Shown here: positions 1 through 10,027 of the stretch, piece by piece
Numbering within the stretch: position 1 is the first letter of the stretch
Layout of the letters: each line of letters begins with the position of its first letter
NCBI GenBank assembly: GCA_000934665.2
Contig: JYFJ02001969.1
Coordinates: 45,557-65,556 of the forward strand
DNA: 20,000 bases
Direction: 5' to 3'
From: Catajapyx aquilonaris
Taxonomy: Eukaryota
Translations under genes and position numbers: made by a program
Notes under the pieces: model-generated
Told to the model about the DNA's origin: nothing
The model's database searches: none
Seen by the model: only the letters and a program-made list of their open reading frames with translations

Positions 1-38
1 CATTGATAATGTTCCTAAATATAGGCCTTCAAGCTTCA

Positions 39-850
39 CTTCCAGATGATGCCAAAAAATGCTTGCTTCAGACTGTTCCTAGTGGTAATTGTTTTACTGT
101 TGTTTCAGGAACTGAATTTTTAAATGCTTCCCTCTGATGGCGGTTGGCAATGAAGTGACGAATAAACTATTGAGGGAATTGGAGAAATCATGATCTGGTG
201 ATATCATTTCATTACACATTTAAAAAATCATTTCTGGTTATAACATCTTTCACAGCCTCTTGCCGTAACATGAGGGACAAAGATACGGTAAATATAGATT
301 CTCCACTATGTCTTGACTTCCAGGCATGTTTACTTACTACATCGAACTTCCTAGAATTGAACAATGACTACAGTAACTGGTTCACTTTCCCAGAATCTTA
401 TCTGATGAAGAAAAATTATGTGGTCCCAGCACCAAGAGATGATTTCCCCCATATGTTAGTAAGACATTACAGTACCCTCTGTATAGTGGAATTACTACTG
501 CAATGAGGCTGTCTCACAAATTCTCCAATATGGGAGTGGAGCAAAAAAAAAATTCACTTCCACTGTGTTTCTCATCTGAAAAATGCACTTTGCTCATTCC
601 TCAAGCACAATACTAGTCGCGGTAGCAGTGCTCTTCCCCATATAGTACAGCACTTCATGTCTTTGTTGACCATCTTACCTACATAATTACCCTGCTATTA
701 TCCACTTCCTGTTATATTTTACAGAATGTGATACAAAGATTGTACTGTAAATTGCCAAAACCATGGAACATGTGTTGTAAGACGATCAGAAAGAAACAGG
801 CAGTGATACTTTTCGATGAATAATCCCTTGATCACTTCAGTTCCCAATTA
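39..850 (+). pseudogene. Possible highly decayed OTU/vertnin-like domain relic (likely transposon-derived) in a RILP-like intron
   Basis: Collinear fragments in shifting frames: LPDDAKKCLLQTVPSGNC (39-92), ...LMAVGNE...KLLR (~135-175), ALCSFLKH...VAVLFP (~585-640), DHF/VP (830-845). Stops and frameshifts throughout. Confidence 0.3.
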
Positions 851-945
851 CCTCGTTTTAAAGAACAATGTTTTCCACAATGGACATCATAACCATTGAA
901 TCAAAAAACAGGTCGAAAGATATTTGAACCCATGATGAGAAACCC

Positions 946-976
<31 letters not shown>
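946..976. repeat. (TCA)n/(CAT)n microsatellite, about 10 units
   Basis: Read directly: tcatcatca...; followed by a short T run and (TTA)n. Confidence 0.95.
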
Positions 977-1096
977 TTTTTTATTATTATTATTTTTTTA
1001 AAGCATGAAAGCCTGTTTGATATTTTGTTTTCCAAAATTCACAAAACCTTAGAAGAAACCTGCAGTGCACTTTAACAACACCATGAGAAGTCTTAC

Positions 1097-1223
1097 CATT
1101 GAATGATCCTTCCTTCTCTTTCAATGAGGAGGATAGCTTGCGATTCTCGTCCTGGAGGCGTGAAACCACAGACACCAGATCCTCAGATTCTTTCCGCCAG
1201 TGGTCCTCAATTTGTTCCAGTTC
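1097..1223 (-). CDS. Rilpl: RILP-like protein, coding exon 2 (coiled coil); the gene continues beyond the left edge
   Basis: Acceptor aattag|GAA at 1223 is in phase with exon 1 and reads ELEQIEDHWRKESEDLVSVVSRLQDENRKLSSSLKEKEGSFN, the typical RILPL continuation. Strong donor G|GTAAGA at 1096; 127 nt, ends in phase 1. Confidence 0.88.
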
Positions 1224-1314
1224 CTAATTGCAGCACAACTTGGCATTAGGACTAGGAGCGTAATGCTGTTTCATTATTACTGTACATTTTAATCAATACA
1301 AATTAGCAGTGTAT

Positions 1315-1431
1315 TAGTCACAGCATATATTATAGTCACATTATATAGTCATTACATATTATATATTATTACATATTATTATATAGTCATTACATATTAT
1401 AGTCACATTATATAGTCACAGCATATATTAT
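1315..1431. repeat. Degenerate AT-rich minisatellite built from TATAGTCA(C/T)...CATATTA units
   Basis: Recurring tagtcacagcatatatta / tagtcacattata / tagtcattacatatta blocks in RILP-like intron 1. Confidence 0.8.
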
Positions 1432-2866
1432 CTACAAAATTTCACAATCTGTTGACATATGTTGGTTACTGATCTCTGGTGACACCATCATGCAATCTTA
1501 TCTGGGTGCACTGGCTATCATAGCACTGTTTTCAATCAGACCATATCATATCACCTCTTCAGCAATTTTGGCATCAGTGTTTTAAAAGCTAATTCAGCAA
1601 ATTCCTTGACATTCAGTCCTGGCATTTCAGAAAATGTCAAGCTTGACGTCAAGCAGCAAGACAGATGCCATGTTCAAGTACAATCATCTCGATAGTCATC
1701 ACCTAGAGCTAGCACACGCTTGACGGCCTATCTCCAAATTAACTATGTTGTGGCATGAAAACCACCTTTCTAACATGTTGGCTATACATAGAACTTGATG
1801 CTCTCAACTCCCTCAAGAATAAAATGAATGCACCCCATTGCCACCATTTCTGGGAAGGTAGCACCTGCATCACTAGCAAACATCTACTAGTTTCATGCAC
1901 TCTAGCCACATCTAGTCATGGTGACCCTAATCAATAAACTGCACCTTGAAAGAGAATATGTACTGTGCTGTTCATTATGAACCCTAGTCTGGACGCAGGA
2001 GGCATTATGACAATGTAATTACTTATTGTTTAATGCAGTCATCTATGTATGAATATTACTCCAGGCAATGGGAAAATGTCCCATATGGAATCAAGTACCC
2101 AGGGAGTATTATTCCGTCTCATTCACTGTGCAAACGCAATGAAACAAGTCATAATGGCAATGTAAAAGGACCCGTGTATTGTGTGTGCCAACTGCAGCCA
2201 AAAATAATTAAAAATCTGCAAAACTGCACCACTGGTGCTGTGAACTTTCTGGCATGTAAACACTGCATTTTCAGTGAAATGATCTGAAAGGAAAAAAGTC
2301 TTCCAGCGCAATACCTTAGACAAAAGGTATTGTCTAAGCGCAATACTATACACCATGCTATCCACAATACAATTCTAATAACATTCAGAACTTGTTCTCA
2401 TCAGTGTATCTGGCAAGATATAGTGCCCCCAGTCTGGACCTCAAATGTAATTTACTCATCACCCATCAGTTAACTTGTTGTTTACATCTAATATTGTGGA
2501 TATGTTCCCATGTCCTGTATGTCCGTTATTTCAGGTGTCCCTGAACGGCCCATATAATTATTCTTCACTGGCTTCCCTCGATCCGCAATGTTACATGCTA
2601 AGTCAGTTGCACATGAATAGTTTTGCAACACTGCCCATTATTTGACAGCACCGATACCACCGATACCCATGTGCGGACCCGATAATGGTAGCCTGCCAGA
2701 TGGATTATAAACAGTGGTGCATAGGAGTGGAAAGGACGGTGAGTCACCCCCTCCTGATGGAAACAACCCCCGTCTCATGCATGCATGCACGCGTGCCGCC
2801 TTATTCCCCCTCCGTCCGCCGCTCGACCATGCACGTGATTAAATTGACAATATTTCGATGTAGTAC

Positions 2867-3205
2867 CGTCTCGAATCTCTGCCTCTCCTGCGCCTTCTCC
2901 TGCTTCTCATGCTCCAGCTGGTGCACGGCCGCCCTGAGCTCCTGCATGGCCGTGTCCTCCCTCTCGTTCTTGGTGGCCAGCCTCTCCAGCTGCTCCAGCA
3001 CGTTGATCACTTTCGGCATGAGGCCAGTCACCGACTCCGGACCGAAAGAGTCGATCAGCCTCTCGAAATCCTTCCCGATCTCCCCTGCCCAGTCGTACAC
3101 GTCCACCACCGTGGGCTCCCGGTCCTGCTGCTGCTGCCCCGGGGCGTGGTGCCCATCGCCTTCGTCCTGCATCAGCATCCTGCTCCGACGCCCCACCAGC
3201 GGCAT
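2867..3205 (-). CDS. Rilpl: RILP-like protein, coding exon 1 (N-terminal RH1 domain)
   Basis: Translates MPLVGRRSRMLMQDE...TVVDVYDWAGEIGKDFERLIDSFGPESVTGLMPKVINVLEQLERLATKNERE...LEHEKQEKAQERQRFET, the RH1 signature of the RILP/RILPL/JIP3 family. Ends at phase-0 donor ACG|GTACTA (GT at 2866-2865). The start could be the first ATG (3205) or a downstream in-frame Met. Confidence 0.9.
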
Positions 3206-3379
3206 ATGACTGGACCTGGCTTAGCACGCACGCACGCACGCCACACTTGCTCCACCGCTGATCTTGTCTGTCTGGCACCGTATCGTCTGCTGGCTGCTGC
3301 ACCCGTCTGCTTCCTTCCTTGCTCAGGATGCCGCTGCCTGCTGCTGCGTCCGCTGCTGTTGACGCTCAAGGCCGGCAAG

Positions 3380-3505
3380 AGGCGCTGACGTGATCATGTG
3401 ACGTATGACGCACTTTACGATGGAGGCGGACATCTTGGAGCTCCCTGGTTGCTCATTGGACAAGAGTCCACATATGGCGGCCAATACCACATGATTTACG
3501 TCATT
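3380..3505 (-). promoter_or_regulatory. Putative proximal promoter of the RILP-like gene (CpG-rich, motif cluster)
   Basis: CpG-rich block of ~2800-3500 ends abruptly at AT-rich DNA. Motifs: TGACGTGA 3386-3393, TCATGTGAC 3394-3402, further TGACG half-sites, ATTGG 3455-3459, ATGGCGGCC (YY1-like) 3474-3482, CCAAT 3481-3485, CACATGA 3488-3494, TTACGTCA 3496-3503. Confidence 0.6.
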
Positions 3506-3599
3506 CAACTATACAGTACCGTCCTGCTAACTGTCGGATAACAACTGGAATGCAAATTCATAATTAAAAAAAGCATGTGGATTAATTTTTGTGCAACTT

Positions 3600-5701
3600 T
3601 TTATTAAGTTTCTTCTGCACATCTTGCACACGTTCTTTATTATGCCCTTCAGCAACCACATAGAAAGATGGACAAAAAGGCAACTCCCAAAAGCCACATG
3701 ATAAACACCGATCTGTAATTCTAATCCCCAAGACACCTGTTTTACTTTTATGTTGACACTTTCACACAAAAATTTGTTTTCAAGTTTACCTGGTTTTGTG
3801 GTTGCTTAGGTCATCTGAACTCCAATACATTTTGTTAACCACTTTGCCTCGCATTGAAATCGCTTTTTTTGGGGGGTTTAAACTATGTCTAGGTAGTGTA
3901 TAAGGCCAACTACTGCCCATCAATAGTAAATAGTTGGCTCACTGCTTGTCTTTTGCAACATTCATGATTTTTTTTTTTTCGCTTCATATTTTTCTTACAG
4001 TGTGCCCGTTCAGTATGATCGTTCAGTGGAGACAGTTTGGGGCGCTTACACATTTCTCCAAGTACGTATTTGTAAATGGCTGACATGTCCATATGCAAGT
4101 GTTCACATGATGGCTTCTGATAATGGGTTCCACACTTGTAACGTGTGCCTATGCTTTAGTACCTTTTTTTTTTTTATGCGGCAGAGATGTAACCTGCCAG
4201 CAAAAACTTCCTGTTGCACTGGTACTGTCCCTTCCTTGAAAGACTGCCAGCCGCAAATCACAAACTTATATTTTAATTATTGTTTCCCATCCCTTCCCCC
4301 CTTTTTTCTCTTATTGACATGGAACCCCCCAACCCAGCCCACCCCTCCCCAAAAATTAAACACTGATGTCCCAATCAGCCCTCTCACCATAATTCACTCT
4401 TCTCACGCACACGCACAAAAAAAAAAAGGTCCAACCCAGTCCTGATTGGAATCAAATGTCTTCTTTGAACGGTAGCACTAGTGACCTGACTCAAAAAGGT
4501 CACCTTGTCCACCAATCAACACAAAAAAAAAAACAAGTACCCTCCCTCTTTTCCTTGATATTGTCCTGTCTCACTGACCCTAGCGCACAAGATTTGCACA
4601 TAGTCAAAAGGAAGGAGGGAGGGAAAAAGAAGTGACCAGTCTGGAACGTGCTTGGAATGCAATGTCACTAATCCCACCAAAAAATTCCCAAGCACAGGGG
4701 GGACATGGAGGAAAAACTGTTCTTTTTGTAAAGGACAGATTGGTTCCGAGGGGGGAAAAGTCTTCACACGCTGATATGACTTCGAAGAACGCATGTCTCT
4801 CATGCACTCGGATCCATTAAGGCCAAAAAATTTCTCCCCCTTTATGTCTTGATTCGGCACCACAACTCACAAGAGAGTGTACTTATGTGTCCAAAGCTAC
4901 ACTTGCTCAAAAGATATCATTGAAAGTGTTCACCTATAAAATCATTTTACAGAAACTCCCTATGCCACATATGGTCACGTTGAAATAAAATTGGTTTCAA
5001 TGTTCTTTTATTCTGGATGCCACATTTTGCCACTTAAAGAGTGACCTAGGGCACACTCATTTTAAAATATTACAGATTCAACAACTACTGGGGCTTTCGT
5101 TCATTGCAGTCCCATAACAAGTACAACAAAAACAGAGTTACTTTGCAAAATGAAGAAAGATTTTGTCTGCAATGGTAAATCCATGCATTGACAAAATCTC
5201 ATGATTAACACTGGTTCCATGTCCGCGAAAAATTGATTGATGGGAGGTAACATATTTGCATGAATTATTCTGATCAATGACATCTTTCCTGGGGTAAGCT
5301 CTAGACACATGAATAACCTCTCTTGCCAGTCATCTCCATGCAATGTTGAAAAACTCTTGAACACAAAGCAAGCCACTCTTCATCACCAAAAATAAGCTGG
5401 TTTCTTGTAATGATTAAAATGGGGGAATTCTCACTTCTTAAAAAAAAAAAAGCACAATCACAATGTCCTCGACTCAAAAAGCCAACAACTCCGTCCTGCA
5501 GGGTATAACAAAACATTGTCCTTCCACTTCCAGGCTTTGTATGCTCCAGCATACAGTTCTGAAATGGCACTGCCCAATACCATCCACGGCTCCGCACCTA
5601 TATATCCATACGTACACTAGCTTCTTATCACTTGGCCCACTCTTGACAGTCACTTCATCTTTGTCAGTTCCACGTTTAAAAAGGAAGTCCTGTGAAGAGG
5701 C
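3600..5701 (-). other. Probable 3' UTR of the uncharacterised gene with candidate AATAAA signals
   Basis: Follows the stop codon; U-rich on the minus strand (many plus-strand A runs). Minus-strand AATAAA at 5007-5012, 3636-3641 and 3600-3605. The true end is unknown. Confidence 0.45.
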
Positions 5702-5766
5702 TCAGTCTCCATTGTAGTATTGAACTTTTGGGTTGTTCACTGCTTCTCTCGTAGCATAGTCCCAGG
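5702..5766 (-). CDS. Uncharacterised large protein, terminal coding exon (missed by the ORF track)
   Basis: Acceptor aattttctctgcag|CC at 5766 is phase 1, matching the donor at 6308. Reads (A)WDYATREAVNNPKVQYYNGD-TGA with the stop at 5704-5702. Confidence 0.85.
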
Positions 5767-5850
5767 CTGCAGAGAAAATTGCACAGAATTAGTGATTGCA
5801 GCATTTTAAAATTGCAAATAAATTTACCAGTTAGATTTGCAAGATATTTA

Positions 5851-5959
5851 GGACTGAATCTTCGACATATCGCACAAACCTGCGGGTGTGGAAGGTTTAG
5901 TAACTCCCCGTTTGCGCGCCCCTCCCGCAGGTTTGCGCGATACGTCGAAGATTCAGCCC
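5851..5959. mobile_element. PIF/Harbinger (Tourist-like) MITE, 109 bp hairpin
   Basis: Arms of ~36 bp (GGACTGAATCTTCGACATATCGCACAAACCTGCGGG / CCCGCAGGTTTGCGCGATACGTCGAAGATTCAGCCC) with 3 mismatches. TTA target-site duplication at 5848-5850 and 5960-5962. Confidence 0.85.
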
Positions 5960-6307
5960 TTAGAGGCAATAGTAAGGGCAATTGGATAGGTACCATGTAT
6001 TTTTCACTAAATTTGAGCAGGGTCATCAAAAAAATACCCAACAGCAATTTATGACAAACAAGGGGTGAAAATGCAAACAATGTAAACATCTCAGGTTGTA
6101 TCTACCAACCTGGGAGAGGAATCATTTTTAAAAATGGGTTCTAGTTCTAGGAACTCCCACAGAAGTCGTAGAAATAGAATTGCCTTTAGTGTAATGAAAC
6201 AAGATTAAGCAGACAAGCAAGTGGCATTCCACTGAAATACTCGTACATAACAATGTTAAAATGATATTTCTCCAAATTATAAAGCGCTGCATTTGCAGAA
6301 ACCTTAC

Positions 6308-8624
6308 CTTGACCAACAAATTCCACGATCCTGTCGTAATTGAACATCTTGATGTCAAGTTCAGGGGCAGGCTTGAACATGGCTGCAAAGTCCCTGCCAC
6401 TGGCCACCCCGCCGGCAGTGACTTCACCCCCCACGGTTCCCTCCTCTTCCTCCTCCACCTCTTCTTCCTCCTCCTCACCACCATCTCCCATCTCTTCTGC
6501 TTCCTCTTCCCCCCCATGACTGCCACCAGCACTGGAGTCCATCTCCTCAGTATTTGGGGACACCTCTGTACCTCTGTCCTCAGCACTCTCACCAAACTTG
6601 GGCAATTCAACATCTGGCCTTCCTGATGTGGCTGCCTTTTCCCACATGTCGACCAGCTGCTGGTTAACTTCGAAACCAAATGTAAACTCCCCTAACCCAG
6701 CAGATGGGGCCAAGTCTGACCCGTATGTGGTTGATGTGGGTTGGTCCATGATCACCACAGGTGGCACAGTGGCTGATCTGGACATGCCACCTGCTGGACG
6801 CCTCCTTGCACGCCCTGTATTACCACTGGGGGGGAGCACTGGGACCACAATTGCTGAGGGAGGTGGCAGCTCAGGGGCAGTCTTGCTGTGGGTCAGTTCT
6901 GGCTTTGGCTTTGGAGCCATAACTGTGGGTGGGCATGGGGTGGGATCAGGATTAACACTGGGGCTGCTTGGCTCTGCTGGCTCAGATGGCTCAACATGGG
7001 CTAGGGCAGGGGTAGGGGCTGGGGCTGGGAGAGGGGCTGGGAGAGGGGCTAAGACAAGAGGCAGGATGGGGACTAGGACAGATGTTGGGGGTGGGACAGT
7101 GGCTAGGACAGGAGACAGGACAGAAGCTAAAACAGGAGGAGGAGCAGGAGCTGGATCTGGGGCTGGGACAGGAGCTGGGGCCGAAGCAGGAATAGGCTCA
7201 GTCTGTATAGTGACAACCTGACTAGTAGGAGCAATAACATCAATGCTGCTAGTAGCAGCATTAGGTGGTGATGGGAGACAGGTCTCATCCACCTGTGTGC
7301 CTGACTCAGACACAGACTCACCATCACTGGAAACTGCTTTTGGTGCACTGCCACCTTGGAAGCTCTCAGCCAGTGATGGGTAATAGTCTTCCAGTATGTT
7401 CACTTCCTTGGGGGACGTCGGTGCTGACTGGGTTACTAGGGGTGCAGCGGCGGGAGCAGCAACACTGTCAGCTTCCACAGCTCCAACACTACCACGATGG
7501 GCAACATCAACACTAGTTGATGTTGTGGCATCACGCCTCACCGCATTGCTGCCACCAGTCTGGATAGACACTGATACTCCCTTTGCAGCATCTAGCTTTG
7601 GCCCATTTGGAGGAGGAGGTGGTGGGTTGGCAGGCTTAACCTTCCCAGAAGCAGATGCCATCTTGGCAATGTCAGCATATGATGTTTGTGGTGTGGACCC
7701 ACTTGAAGTGGATGTCTTGTCAATGGTAAGTTTGGGTGTGGAGGATGATACTGGCAGTGAATGGACACTATCGACATCACTGCTTTCAGAGTGGTCAGAT
7801 GGTGGCACACTTGACGTTGACTTACGCTGCCGCCCCATGGATGGCAAACAATCCAGCATCATGACTGAATGGGACCCTTCTTCATCCTCCTCCTTCTTCC
7901 CTCCATTATGGTGGCCAGCATTGTAACGGTTGTACCGGTGGTGATGCCTCATGCGTGATGGTGGATCATCCCGCTTCTTTCGCCGACATCGCTTAGCAAC
8001 CACATGAAAGTCTGTTTCCTCTGTTGCACGAGCTGTGGTAGACACAGCTTGTGCCTGGATGAGGTCGTCCAGATCATCATCCAGGTCATCATGATGATTA
8101 CTCTCAGACGCCTCCAGTTCATCCAGATCAACACTACGGGTGGCCCGACTGTATCTTCCAGAAGGGGGAACATCCATACGCTTAGTTGAGTCTGATTCCG
8201 GTTTGCGTGGCGACAGCTCCTCCATGCTACTGGCCTTCTTGAGCTTCACGTGTTTGCCCTTATGGTGTCGGCCCATCCAGTTCTGCTGCTGCTCATCCTC
8301 CTCCTCCTCCTCGTCACTCTTTTCCTTGCTCTTGCTCCGCTCCTTGTCCTTCTTCAGGGCCCCTGACCTGCGACTGGCCACACCTGAACTTCCACTGACT
8401 CGACTGCTAGCCCCTCCCACAGCACCTCCCACACTTCCACTAGCTCCACTCATTCCGCCGGTGCCTGCTCCACCTCTGTCCACCACTCCACCACCGGCAG
8501 CCTTGGGCTGCTGCTTTACCCCTGGGTCCTCCTCGTCCAAGTACTTCAGGATTACGTTCAGATCGCTGTTACCAATGTAGCCAGCCACATTCTCTGACAA
8601 AATGACGTTCTTCTCGTTGTTGGT
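6308..8624 (-). CDS. Uncharacterised large protein, 2317-nt exon (low-complexity/disordered with short motifs)
   Basis: Acceptor gacttacag|ACC at 8624 and donor G|GTAAGG at 6307, inside the 827-aa ORF. Motif-like islands: NVILSENVAGYIGNSDLNVILKYL, LKKASSMEEL, DFHVVAKRCRRKKR, SSVPPSDHSESSDVDSVHSLPV, SYADIAK, YYPSL, PPVVIMD, FTFGFEVN, FNYDRIVEFVG. Also a Pro/Ala repeat tract and a Glu-rich tract. Confidence 0.9.
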
Positions 8625-10027
8625 CTGTAAGTCAACAGAGAAATAAAAATCAGCAAGAAATTTATGCATTTGGGAAGTGGGCAGAGTGAGTCAATAATTA
8701 TGTGTAAAATACCCAATATGTGACACACAATGCAGCAAGGAAAGGTACAGGATACTAATATAAAATTTGGATTGTCAACTTCAATTCTGGAAGGGTAATG
8801 TCATAAGAATGATTGCATTTAAGTTGTTCTAATGCAACATATCTTCAACAGTTCCAAAGGATGGCATCCAGGTTATCTAAACCTTTTAAAGCCTCTTGGA
8901 TCTGCCACATGAAAATCAGGCATGCAAATGGCAATGAATATTTTTGCGATGTCAAGGTAAATCCTACTGAAAAGAGGACTGGTTTGCTTTTAATCCGAAG
9001 GTGTGCAGTTGTCATATTGCTGCTGTCGCACACCCAATGGTACCTCCACTGTGCTGTAGTGGGGGGAGTTTCAGTTCTCTGGTGATCCCAAGAGCTATAT
9101 TGGTGGTAGCTTTGTCTACTGGCAGGGTCAGCTGAGCAGTAAAGGTCTTGATGGGGTAGAAGACAAACAAAAAGACACCACCATTTCCGTCTTCTAGCTC
9201 TTCATTTCTGCCTCCATCTGTCCCACCTATGTAGCTTTCTAATAGCCCGATAGCCTTAATTGTTTTGGCTCCTCCCCCATTCAAAAACAAAAGAAGCTGT
9301 TGTCACTTTCAACATGCTTGATCTTTAGCTGGATATTAACATGCTTCTTTACTTAATACTCTTAAGGTCCTAATAATTAATGGTGAAACTAGAACAAGAA
9401 AATAACGTGAAAATAAAAGAGTACCAACTATGTGCTTGAATTTTCCAAAATCTAAGTGCAGGTGCAATATTTCTAATATAACACCATTACCATAATTTAA
9501 AACACCTCTTCTTGACTGATTAAATGCACAAGATTGGAAGATGCAGGCAATTAGCAAGGCTATGCTTGAGCATTGTGGTGAAAACACCCTCAGAAGCATT
9601 ATAAGTCAGCCAGGAAAAGAACAGTACGCATATGGTTTCCTGATTGGAAGAGCTCCTCCCTCCCTACAACAGTGTCAATGTTATTCTGTGCATGTACCTC
9701 TCCCTTCTCCAATGAATTAGGACAGTTGACTTCAGGCTGCCTTTGAAGCAGGTATGCCCCAGCTTTGCATATAAGATGAGGAGAAGCTTCCCCTTCCTTG
9801 CTTCGAATTGATCAATGCATTCCTATCAATATGAGCTGCTTCAGTCTGACCCCTCCCTACCTGTGTGGTCTCTCCCCCTACCATGACAACACGACCCTTG
9901 CTACTCTGACATTGCAAGAAACTACTACTCTTCCAGAGCAGGCACACAATTTACCCAAGGGACGTAATGATGATGTCAGGGCCAGTCTGCCTTGATGTTA
10001 CTTTCCTGAATGATCTTACAAGGGAAT

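Noticed and set aside
1315..1431. CRISPR-like repeat array
   Set aside because: No unique spacers, irregular AT-rich units, eukaryotic intron: a slippage minisatellite.
2685..3388. Overlapping ORFs of 174, 159 and 131 aa around RILP-like exon 1
   Set aside because: Expected by-products of high GC3 coding sequence in a CpG island; only the RH1 frame is recognisable.
6261..8580. Plus-strand ORFs of 121-207 aa
   Set aside because: Antisense shadows of the GC-rich, low-complexity minus-strand exon; no independent splice or homology support.
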